Source of the DNA: Candidatus Kaiserbacteria bacterium
GTDB taxonomy: Bacteria; Patescibacteriota; Minisyncoccia; Phycocordibacterales; UBA2100
Direction of reading: 5' to 3'
Assembly (NCBI GenBank): GCA_016217975.1
Contig: JACRFH010000010.1
Location: forward strand, 1-57,405
DNA: 57,405 nucleotides
In this document: piece by piece, positions 49,878 to 57,405 of the stretch
Position numbering within the stretch: position 1 is the stretch's first letter
Layout of the letters: each line of letters opens with the position of its first letter
Notes under the pieces: generated by a model
Told to the model about the DNA's origin: nothing
Database searches by the model: none
What the model saw: the letters and a program-made list of their open reading frames with translations, nothing else
Position numbers and translations under genes: made by a program

Positions 49878-50987
49878 ATGATGGAAACCAAGGGTCGGGA
49901 CATCGTGTTGGATTTCTGGAGAGGCATTGCGATTCTGGGGGTGCTCGTGCAGCACGTCTTTTACTTTCACTACCATATTTTTAGGGCATTTGCGGAAACT
50001 GTTGCAAATGGTGTGTTTCTCAATGACGTGCTTTTGTATGCCGACAAACTCCTGATCGCAGTCGCGTACCGCTCGGGACTCCTCGGCGTGCAGTGCTTTT
50101 TCATCATCAGCGGATACATCATTACGACTCTCATGCTCAAAGAAGAGCGCGAAAAGGGAATCATAGATCCGATCGCGTTCTATTTCCGTCGCGTGTGCCG
50201 GATCATCCCGCCGTATGCGTTTTATATCGTATCGCTCTTTGTCTTTGGATTCTTCGGATTAATTCAGGTGAATTACGCCGCGCTTCCGTTTGCGACGGGG
50301 TTTCTTTGCAACATGCCATTTGCAACCTGCGATTGGCATCTGGCGCATACGTGGACGCTCGCGATCGAAGAGCAATTCTATATCGTGTGGCCGCTCATCT
50401 TCTTGTTTATTGGGAAGAAATACCGTATCGCGTTTGTTGCGAGCACAATTGCGGGACTCGTCGTGCTCTCGTCGCTTGGCATATTCAACGCGCATGGCTG
50501 GATAGACAATCCGCTGTCGTTTGCCTGCATCGCGCTCGGCGCGCTGTGCGCTTTAAGTGATGGATTCAGGACATATATACGCCGCTATGGAATCCCAACC
50601 GCTCTCACGCTTGTCCTCTTGCTCGCGTTCTCGGAATTTGTGCTGCATGCAGGCGAGATCGTGCACATCGCGTACCGCATCGTCGCGCCGTTGTTCCTTT
50701 TGGTTGCGATCGTAGAGAGCTACCGCATCAAAGAACTCGTGAGTGCACAACTTGCGCCGATTGGCAATGCAATTGTCGGTATCGGCCTCATCTCCTACAG
50801 TCTGTATCTGTGGCAAGAAGTCTTTACGGTGCCACCCGAGCCGTATCCCGCAGGCTCGCTTTTGAGCTGGCCGATTCTCATGTTTGCATTCGCGATCTTT
50901 TCCTACTTTGTGATCGAAAAGTCTTTCATCGGGTGGGGCAAGCGCCAGCTTAAAGAACGCTCCGACACATTCGGCCCAGGGATCTAG
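49878..50987 (+). CDS. acyltransferase family 3 (membrane O-acyltransferase)
   Basis: LDFWRGIAILGVLVQHV and HTWTLAIEEQFYIVWPLIF, with multiple TM helices. Confidence 0.75.
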   Translation: MMETKGRDIVLDFWRGIAILGVLVQHVFYFHYHIFRAFAETVANGVFLNDVLLYADKLLIAVAYRSGLLGVQCFFIISGYIITTLMLKEEREKGIIDPIAFYFRRVCRIIPPYAFYIVSLFVFGFFGLIQVNYAALPFATGFLCNMPFATCDWHLAHTWTLAIEEQFYIVWPLIFLFIGKKYRIAFVASTIAGLVVLSSLGIFNAHGWIDNPLSFACIALGALCALSDGFRTYIRRYGIPTALTLVLLLAFSEFVLHAGEIVHIAYRIVAPLFLLVAIVESYRIKELVSAQLAPIGNAIVGIGLISYSLYLWQEVFTVPPEPYPAGSLLSWPILMFAFAIFSYFVIEKSFIGWGKRQLKERSDTFGPGI

Positions 50988-51418
50988 GAGTTTGAGAATA
51001 CAAAGAGCTTGTAGCCGACGAAGTTGCCAAGGACGGAGATGACGATTGTGCACAGAAGCGCAATGTTGGCCCAGAGCGTGGGAGAGATATTCGCGGGAGC
51101 GCCGACTATGGTGACGAGGAAGTGGATGATCGATACATTTACGAGTGCAGTTGTGCCCGTGATAGCGATGAAGCGCATATATTGCCGGGTACGCTCCTGC
51201 TGCGGGGCGTCGTGAAAGGTCCAATACATATTGAGGAAGAATGATTGTGTCGCCACGATCGCAAAAGTGACGATTGCGAAAAGTGTCACCGATGGTCCTT
51301 CGGTGATTCCACTCGAAAAAAGGAAGAGATTGAAGAGCGCGGCATTCACGAGAAAATTAAAAGCGCCCACAATCGTGTAGCGCATGAATTGAGACAGGGC
51401 TTCACGTGAGAGCTGCAT
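50984..51418 (-). CDS. GtrA-family membrane protein
   Basis: Internal ATG at 51418. FMRYTIVGAFNFLVNAALFNLF...GNFVGYKLFVF is the GtrA pattern, with four TM helices. Confidence 0.75.
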   Translation of the reverse strand: MQLSREALSQFMRYTIVGAFNFLVNAALFNLFLFSSGITEGPSVTLFAIVTFAIVATQSFFLNMYWTFHDAPQQERTRQYMRFIAITGTTALVNVSIIHFLVTIVGAPANISPTLWANIALLCTIVISVLGNFVGYKLFVFSNS

Positions 51419-51477
51419 GGTAGAGGTCAGTATCGCACATTTTGATAACCGGAGGTGAGAGGCTAGTATGCACAGTA

Positions 51478-52908
51478 ATGGCCGAAGGGGAATACTACGA
51501 ATACGTGGTTCTGGGCGCTGGAGTCTCGGGCTTAGGATTCGCAAAGCGTGTAAGCGAGCGCGGCAAGTCGGTACTTGTGCTTGAAAAAGAGGCTGTTGTG
51601 GGCGGGCTCTCGCGGAGCATCCATTACAAGGGCTTTTATCTCGATTTCTGTGCGCACCGCTTCCATACCAAAAACAAGGCGCTTCTCGATGAGATTTTGA
51701 CGCTTCCGGGACTTGAGATGCACCGGCACATCAAGAAAAGCCGCAATTTCATGTTTGGCAAATACATCAAATATCCCTTTGAGGTGCAGGATCTTTTGCG
51801 CGCGATGCCGCTAAGCCTAAGTATTCCGGCAGGATTTTCTTTTTTGTGGAATATGATCGCAAAACGTTTCAAAGATAAAAACAAGTTGCGATCATTTGAA
51901 GATTGGTTTAGCTACATCTATGGGTACAAGCTCTACGAAGTAATGGCGAGAAATTATACGGCTAAAGTTTGGCGCCATGATCCGCGCGAGATTTCCGCGG
52001 ATTGGGCGGATCAGCGCTTACAGGGCGAGGATCTGGTTAGACTCCTGCAGCGGATCATCAAAAAGATCGTGACGCTTGATTTTAGATCTTACGATCTTGC
52101 GGACGACAGTCTCGCGCCTGATGGCGGTCCTTTTTATTATCCGCTTCGAGGTATCCAGGAAATGCCGGATGCACTCTCGCGCGCAGCTATGGGGCGCGGT
52201 GCGCGCATCCTCACGAGTGCACGAGTCCTTCGCGTAGATACCGAGAACCGCATCGTCTTTTATGAGCACGAAGGCAGGCAGGTCTCTGCGCACTACGGTG
52301 AACTCATTTCTACTATTCCGCTTCATATGTACTATCGCCTGCAAGATCGCCGTGATCCGGCAATCGAGAAACATCTCGCGGGATTGCAGTACATGGATAT
52401 CATCTTCGTTTACTTGTTTCTCGACGTGCCACGGGTTTCAAACGACCACTGGCTCTATTTTCCCGATCAGGATATTATCTTCAATCGCGCAGTTGAATTC
52501 TCGAATTGGTCGCCGGAGATGTGCCCGAAGGGGAAAACGAGTATCTGTTTCGACATTACGTCGTTTCCTCAATCACCGGAGTGGAAGATGAAAGATGAAG
52601 CGCTCGCGGAGCGCACGATCATTGACGCCGCGCGCGTTGGTTACATAAAGAAAGAGCATGTCATAGACAGTTTGGTCGTGCGCGTCACGCATGCGTATCC
52701 TTTTTATGATCTCGATTACAAAGAAAAGCTCGATTCGATCGTGCGTTTCCTCGAGACCGATCACGAGCATCTCTTGGGTCGCACCGGCATCTTTCGATAT
52801 AACAATTCCGACAACTCAATCGAGATGGGCTTCGAGCTCGCCGAGAAGCTGCTCGCAGGGAATGCGGCGAGCGCGCATACATACACAGTGAAGCAAGTAA
52901 GCTATTAG
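51478..52908 (+). CDS. NAD(P)/FAD-dependent oxidoreductase (amine-oxidase / UDP-galactopyranose-mutase-like fold)
   Basis: YEYVVLGAGVSGLGFAKRVSERGKSVLVLEKEAVVGGLSRS (dinucleotide-binding motif). ATG at 51478. Confidence 0.6.
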   Translation: MAEGEYYEYVVLGAGVSGLGFAKRVSERGKSVLVLEKEAVVGGLSRSIHYKGFYLDFCAHRFHTKNKALLDEILTLPGLEMHRHIKKSRNFMFGKYIKYPFEVQDLLRAMPLSLSIPAGFSFLWNMIAKRFKDKNKLRSFEDWFSYIYGYKLYEVMARNYTAKVWRHDPREISADWADQRLQGEDLVRLLQRIIKKIVTLDFRSYDLADDSLAPDGGPFYYPLRGIQEMPDALSRAAMGRGARILTSARVLRVDTENRIVFYEHEGRQVSAHYGELISTIPLHMYYRLQDRRDPAIEKHLAGLQYMDIIFVYLFLDVPRVSNDHWLYFPDQDIIFNRAVEFSNWSPEMCPKGKTSICFDITSFPQSPEWKMKDEALAERTIIDAARVGYIKKEHVIDSLVVRVTHAYPFYDLDYKEKLDSIVRFLETDHEHLLGRTGIFRYNNSDNSIEMGFELAEKLLAGNAASAHTYTVKQVSY

Positions 52909-52909
52909 C

Positions 52910-54235
52910 ATGATTCGATATTTCTTCGCGGAAGAGGGAGTTACGTGGACAATATATGTTCTTGCGCTCGTAGCGCACTTGCTAGTCTTTGGGGCATTAC
53001 TACACTTCTATGGCCCGAGCAGTTTCTTTCTCTCGACCGATGGAAGCTTGAATGGGAATGACTCACAGCATTATGTGATCATCGCGAAGAATATCGCGGA
53101 AGGCCACGGCTATTCGCGCTTTGTAGATCTTCCATTTGAGCCGGACGGCCTCCGCACTCCGCTTTTGCCCCTCTACTTTCTGCCGTTTGTCGGCGCAGGT
53201 GGACTTTCACTCATTTGGCTTGCAATGCTAATACTCAATTTCATTCTCGCTCTCGCGCCTGTCATTTTCTACAAACTCTCTCGGATGTTTCTTCCACACA
53301 GCTATGCAGTTGCAGGGGGGCTATTTCTGGTATTCGAGCCGCTTTTTCTTTATCGAAGTCAGATAGCCGAGCCCGACGCGCTACTTGTTCTTTTACTAGT
53401 GAGCGCAATGTATTTCCTCGCTCGATCATGGAAGTTACCCTCGTCCAAAGATTGGTATGCGGCCACGGCACTTCTCGGCATCTCGATTCTCGCAAAACCA
53501 AGCGCGCTCTATGTGGCGGTTCTTGTTTTCATCTTTCAATTTGCGTTCATCATTTCCTTTGCAAGACCAATATCCTGGAAGCAAGTAACAAATCTTTGCA
53601 TCGGAGTCTTAATTACCTTCGCCATCATCTCACCTTGGCTCATCCGCAATCATCAAGTCTTTGGCGTATGGGGTGTCTCATCCGTAAGCGGCTACAATTT
53701 GTACGAATATTACACCGCGCACATCAAGATGGCGGACGAAGTGATCCCAGAAGCAATCCAAAATGGAAGTCGAGAGCCAAGCCGATATCTGCCATACCAA
53801 AAATACTTCGCTAATGTCGCACTTGAGCGCATAGCACATCAGCCAGCAGCGTATGCTAAAGAACAAGCGGTAGGCAGTATCCGCAACCTCTTCGTCTCTG
53901 ATCTTCCGGCTATCTATTATTACGGCCATAGCCGCCTGCTTCCATTCCCATATAATCCGGAATCCAAGACAAATATGCCGAAGATTCTGTGGGCCGGAGC
54001 GCTAGCGCTCGCATATGTATTTGCCCTCATTGGCTGGCTATCCGCATACAAGCGCGACCGCATCACATTCTTTGCATTCACCCTATACCTTGCGCTCTTC
54101 GCCTACTTCATCATCTCAAGCGGCCCCTTTGTCGACGCCAAATACCGCCTTCCCGCGCTCTCGCTTGTGATCGTTGTGGCGCTCTATGGAGTGGACTTTC
54201 TCACGAATCGCTTCTTGCGTAAAAGCCCAAATTAG
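52910..54235 (+). CDS. GT-C fold membrane glycosyltransferase (GT39/ArnT-like)
   Basis: 441 aa with many TM helices. An early loop DSQHYVIIAKNIAEGHGYS resembles the ArnT/PMT first-loop motif. Adjacent to gtrA. Confidence 0.55.
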   Translation: MIRYFFAEEGVTWTIYVLALVAHLLVFGALLHFYGPSSFFLSTDGSLNGNDSQHYVIIAKNIAEGHGYSRFVDLPFEPDGLRTPLLPLYFLPFVGAGGLSLIWLAMLILNFILALAPVIFYKLSRMFLPHSYAVAGGLFLVFEPLFLYRSQIAEPDALLVLLLVSAMYFLARSWKLPSSKDWYAATALLGISILAKPSALYVAVLVFIFQFAFIISFARPISWKQVTNLCIGVLITFAIISPWLIRNHQVFGVWGVSSVSGYNLYEYYTAHIKMADEVIPEAIQNGSREPSRYLPYQKYFANVALERIAHQPAAYAKEQAVGSIRNLFVSDLPAIYYYGHSRLLPFPYNPESKTNMPKILWAGALALAYVFALIGWLSAYKRDRITFFAFTLYLALFAYFIISSGPFVDAKYRLPALSLVIVVALYGVDFLTNRFLRKSPN

Positions 54236-54250
54236 TGTTTGATTGCGCGA

Positions 54251-55375
54251 ATGAAGAAGGCGAAGAGGGTAAAGAAAGTGGCGAGATCAAAAAAGCCAAA
54301 GAAAGTTCTTATCACCGGCGCGGCGGGGTTTGTCGGTCATCATCTTGTCGAACATATATTGAAAAGCACTGACTGGGAGATCACGACGATCGACCGGCTC
54401 GATACTTCGGGCAATCTCAACCGCTTTCCTGGCATCAGTGTGTGGGACAGGGAGAAGAAGAGAGTACACATCGTCTATCACGATCTGCGGGCGGAGATCA
54501 CTGACTCTGTCGCGAGGATGCTCCACGGCCCTTTTGACTACATCATGCATCTCGCCGCTGGCTCACACGTGGAGCGATCAATCGAAGATCCGCTCCTATT
54601 TTTCATGGACAATTGCATCGGTACGGTAAATCTTTTAAATTATGCCCGGCATGGAGGTTTGCGGAAAAAGGCACGAGTCAATCCACAATCACGGACTCCC
54701 GCCTTTGAGGGAAAATTTCAATATTTCTCAACCGACGAAGTCTTCGGACCTGCGCCGGACAACGTGAGCTACAAAGAATGGGATCGCAACAATCCGAATA
54801 ATCCCTATGCCGCTGCCAAGGCGGCAGGAGAGCAAGCATGCATTGCCTTCGCGCACACATACCGCATGCCGATATTTATCACAAATTGTATGAACATTTT
54901 CGGCGAGCGGCAGAACCGCGAGAAATTCATTCCACTTATCATCAGGAAAGTGCTCGATGGTGATACGCTCTTCATCCATTCAAACAAGGCGCGCACGCAG
55001 GCGGGAAAGCGCCACTATCTCCACGCACGAAATATTTCTGCAGCGACAGTATGGCTTTTGCTCCACGGCAAAGTCCTCGACGGCACAGCAGCACAGGGCA
55101 AATACAATGTAGTCGGTGAAGTAGAAATAGACAACCTCTCGCTTGCAAAATTGGTGGCAAAATACACGAACGATTATCTGGCCAGCAAAGGAAAGAAACA
55201 AAGGCCGCTTGACTACAAGCTCGTAGCGTTCCATTCCTCACGCCCAGGCCATGACATGCGCTACGCGCTCGACGGTTCACTCTTGGCCAAGGAAGGATTT
55301 TCATACCCGGTATCCTTCAAAGAGAGTTTGCGCAAGGTGGTGCGCTGGACCCTTGATCACCCGGAGTGGCTCTAA
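54251..55375 (+). CDS. NAD-dependent sugar 4,6-dehydratase-like SDR
   Basis: VLITGAAGFVGHHLVEHIL, FSTDEVFG and NPYAAAKAAGE (YxxxK). I prefer the ATG at 54251 over the TTG at 54239. Confidence 0.75.
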   Translation: MKKAKRVKKVARSKKPKKVLITGAAGFVGHHLVEHILKSTDWEITTIDRLDTSGNLNRFPGISVWDREKKRVHIVYHDLRAEITDSVARMLHGPFDYIMHLAAGSHVERSIEDPLLFFMDNCIGTVNLLNYARHGGLRKKARVNPQSRTPAFEGKFQYFSTDEVFGPAPDNVSYKEWDRNNPNNPYAAAKAAGEQACIAFAHTYRMPIFITNCMNIFGERQNREKFIPLIIRKVLDGDTLFIHSNKARTQAGKRHYLHARNISAATVWLLLHGKVLDGTAAQGKYNVVGEVEIDNLSLAKLVAKYTNDYLASKGKKQRPLDYKLVAFHSSRPGHDMRYALDGSLLAKEGFSYPVSFKESLRKVVRWTLDHPEWL

Positions 55376-55392
55376 ACGAGTAGGCCATCTCT

Positions 55393-56442
55393 GTGCGATA
55401 TACTTCTCTCATGCGCCGGGCTCTGCTAGGTATTGTTCTCGGTATAGTTCTTTTACCCGTATTTGCATCAGCGCAAACATGCCCTAACCTCTCCCGCAAT
55501 CTCTCCTTCGGATCTCGCGGTAGCGACGTATCGAAATTGCAGCAGTTTTTAATCTCCCAAAACTTCCTCGCATCCGATTCCGCAACCGGCTATTTCGGCC
55601 GCCTTACCGAAGCGGCGGTCAAGAAATTTCAATGCAGCCAGAACGTTGTCTGTTCCGGCATTCCTGCAACAACGGGACCGCATCTCGAATGCCAAGCGCC
55701 ATTGCATTAGGTTACGCGCTATGGGGAGCACACTCTCTCGACGCACAGGCGTCCGACGCCCAATATGTGTGGGACCATTATGCTCAACACCAATCGTATT
55801 TTATGTGGAAAGGAAAACCGCTACTCGTTACCCATAACGGGTACGACAACGATCCAAATATCGTCGGCGCCGATTGGACCGACGGTCGTTTCTCGGTCGA
55901 GCGTGCCACGGGCGCAGTTGATGCAACTAATCCCATGTTACAACCTTATTTCGCAGACGGGTTTTGGGGTTGGGTCCAAAAATTTCCGCAACCGACAAGT
56001 GGTGAGACAGTCGGTGTTATGCCTGGATGGGACAGAAAACATTTGGGCGAGGCGACCACACCCATCGATCGCGAGAATGGCGCATTGTATATACGAGAAT
56101 GGCTGCGAGCAATCTCGCTCCACCCAAAAAACATCATCATCAGCTCGTGGAATGATTTTGGAGAAGAGACCGCGATCGAGCCGGCAACTGCAGTTTCAGC
56201 TCCGGCTTGGATAGATAGCTATGGGAGTCGCTGTGCCTGATTGGTACTTACAGATTACAAACGCGTATACGCATTTGCGTATCGGCCTGATGCCGGGAAC
56301 ATATTATCGGGACGAAGATTCATCGCACGTCTTTCTTGCAGCAAATGGCAAATTTGAATATCAAGGTCAAATGCCGCATGGACATCCCGTGATTGTGCTA
56401 CCTCCCGGAACACTGCGTAGCCTGGGCGCAGTAGGGCCTTAG
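55393..56442 (+). pseudogene. secreted PG-binding-domain / glycoside-hydrolase-like protein broken into three frames
   Basis: ORF 55393-55710 has a signal peptide plus GSRGSDVSKLQQFLISQNFL...GYFGRLTEAAVKKFQ (PG_binding_1). ORF 55632-56240 carries IIISSWNDFGEETAIEP (hydrolase-like). ORF 56221-56442 continues in the first frame. All three overlap end to end. Confidence 0.5.
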
Positions 56443-56474
56443 TTTGGCTCCTCGTATGCGACGTGCAACATGGA

Positions 56475-56499
56475 ATGATGGATTTCGGAAATCCATCAT
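56475..56499. repeat. 25-nt REP-like palindrome, copy 1 (loop CGG)
   Basis: ATGATGGATTT-CGG-AAATCCATCAT with perfect 11-bp arms. It contains the stop codon of the transposase gene. Confidence 0.8.
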
Positions 56500-57161
56500 T
56501 CGAGCACATACGGTCTTATGTTTGTCATTTCAATATCCTGCAGATATGCGAGCGTCTTCTTCTGGAACCTGCTCGGAGGTTCGCCGAAAAGATCGGTCGA
56601 TAGTATGGAAGGGAAGTTCTTTGTGCCGCAATAATCTTGATAGCTACTCCACCGATACTTTGAGAGGTGCTCTTTTGCCCGTGTAGTACTCTCAATAGTT
56701 CGTTTGCGCCAGTCCTTTGCTCCTTTGAGATAGTCCAGAGGATTGAGATGAATGTAGTTGAGAATGTGGAGAAAGTGAGCATCAGTGTTGATACGGATTT
56801 TCTTTGTCTTTCCTTGAAAGAGCCCGCCGTCGCGGGTATAGCGTGTGTTGAAGTAATTTGCATATCCAACATTCATTTTGCGCATGAAAAGCACGAGGCC
56901 TCCTTCCACGAGTTCGGAAATGAGGAGGTGATAGTGATTCTTCATAAGGCACCAGCCGTGAACGTCGACGATTCTATCCCGCTCTAATGATGGATTTCCG
57001 AGATCCATCATTTTGCCCGGCTTGAATTTGCGATATGCGTTGCCGGCCGGTTTCGAATCATTAAATTCGAACATGTCATGGATGAAGCGGGCATAATCCT
57101 GCGTATCCATAAATATCTGTCGTTTCTCTACTCCTCGATTCAGAACATGATACAGCTCCAT
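56496..57161 (-). CDS. IS200/IS605-like Y1 (HUH) transposase, RAYT-type
   Basis: MELYHVLNRGVEKRQIF, HGWCLMKNHYHLLI (HUH) and LNYIHLNPL (catalytic Tyr helix). I chose the ATG at 57161; the longer ORF to 57197 starts inside palindrome copy 3. Confidence 0.75.
   Translation of the reverse strand: MELYHVLNRGVEKRQIFMDTQDYARFIHDMFEFNDSKPAGNAYRKFKPGKMMDLGNPSLERDRIVDVHGWCLMKNHYHLLISELVEGGLVLFMRKMNVGYANYFNTRYTRDGGLFQGKTKKIRINTDAHFLHILNYIHLNPLDYLKGAKDWRKRTIESTTRAKEHLSKYRWSSYQDYCGTKNFPSILSTDLFGEPPSRFQKKTLAYLQDIEMTNIRPYVLE
56987..57011. repeat. 25-nt REP-like palindrome, copy 2 (inside the transposase CDS)
   Basis: ATGATGGATTT-CCG-AGATCCATCAT has one arm mismatch. On the minus strand it encodes MMDLGNPS in frame. 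Confidence 0.75.
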
Positions 57162-57172
57162 GCAGAGATAGT

Positions 57173-57197
57173 ATGATGGATTTCCGAAATCCATCAT
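57173..57197. repeat. 25-nt REP-like palindrome, copy 3 (loop CCG)
   Basis: ATGATGGATTT-CCG-AAATCCATCAT with perfect arms. It lies 12 nt upstream of the transposase ATG at 57161. Confidence 0.8.
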
Positions 57198-57405
57198 ATT
57201 GATTTGTGGATATTATACCTCTGCACAAATCACTGGCTCTGGCGCAGGTTGCGAGGTCTGCTAGAATACTTTGAATATCGAAATGCAAAAGTCAGCGCAC
57301 GCTGAACACACCGCAAAGATCACGGGAGGTATCTGAAAACTCTCAAGACTCAAGACTCGTACACGGGAACGAACTGAAGAAACCAAAAACTGGTAACGAC
57401 GATTA

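Noticed and set aside
50553-51224. 223-aa minus-strand ORF
   Set aside because: It overlaps the 3' end of the acyltransferase gene in antisense and the GtrA gene out of frame. It is Arg/His/Cys-rich and has no motifs.
1-57405. CRISPR arrays, tRNA, rRNA
   Set aside because: No regularly spaced short direct repeats were seen. No tRNA-like T-arm (GGTTCGAATCC-type) occurs outside coding sequence, and there are no rRNA-like stretches. The only long non-coding gaps are 6937-7260 and the short regions listed above.
1-57405. Alternative genetic code (UGA recoded)
   Set aside because: Many well-supported genes (for example hddA, the deacetylase at 15626, the ParE-like toxin and several GTs) end at TGA at the length expected for their families, often in ATGA overlaps. 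The standard code fits.
57198-57405. Possible gene or RNA in the last 200 nt
   Set aside because: The region holds only a 17-codon ATG ORF and an 8-bp stem (57201-57208 / 57224-57231). There is too little sequence before the window ends to support any call.

Overview
This window is almost entirely one large surface-glycan / nucleotide-sugar biosynthesis locus, read with the standard bacterial genetic code. Most genes sit on the + strand with very short or overlapping junctions (ATGA/GTGA). I can support these gene classes:

- about 10 GT2/GT4-type glycosyltransferases
- 7 SDR epimerase/dehydratase genes, including a clear galE
- two CE4 deacetylases
- a Wzx-like flippase, a GtrA protein plus a GT-C membrane transferase, and an O-acyltransferase
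- a complete GDP-D-glycero-alpha-D-manno-heptose set (gmhA, hddA, gmhB and a nucleotidyltransferase)
- a complete PAPS sulfation set (fused ATP-sulfurylase/APS-kinase, sulfotransferase, CysQ-like phosphatase)
- a block of sugar-phosphate enzymes I cannot assign to a known pathway

Between about 33 and 42 kb the glycan genes are interrupted by an accessory patch. It holds four toxin-antitoxin loci in different states of decay (DinJ with a frameshifted YafQ, two VapC remnants, HicBA, ParE-type) and two secreted or anchored proteins.

The right end carries an IS200-like Y1/RAYT transposase with its own 25-nt palindromes.

Structure not explained by the genes:

- a covarying 40-bp palindrome family that tightly brackets a PaaX-like regulator and recurs in front of the sulfation operon
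- two ~134-bp elements with terminal inverted repeats, each butted against the ATG of the next gene
- a G9 tract that splits a methyltransferase
- direct repeats of the flippase 3' end around HicBA
- a ~320-nt gap with no annotated coding sequence
- a recurring -10 box placed 6-10 nt upstream of start codons

I found no rRNA, tRNA or CRISPR array. The gene content (lamin-tail-domain protein, PaaX-like regulator, dense TA modules, tight spacing) is compatible with a small-genome uncultivated bacterium, but I cannot establish that from this window. All family calls rest on motifs I recognise by eye; no database search was run.
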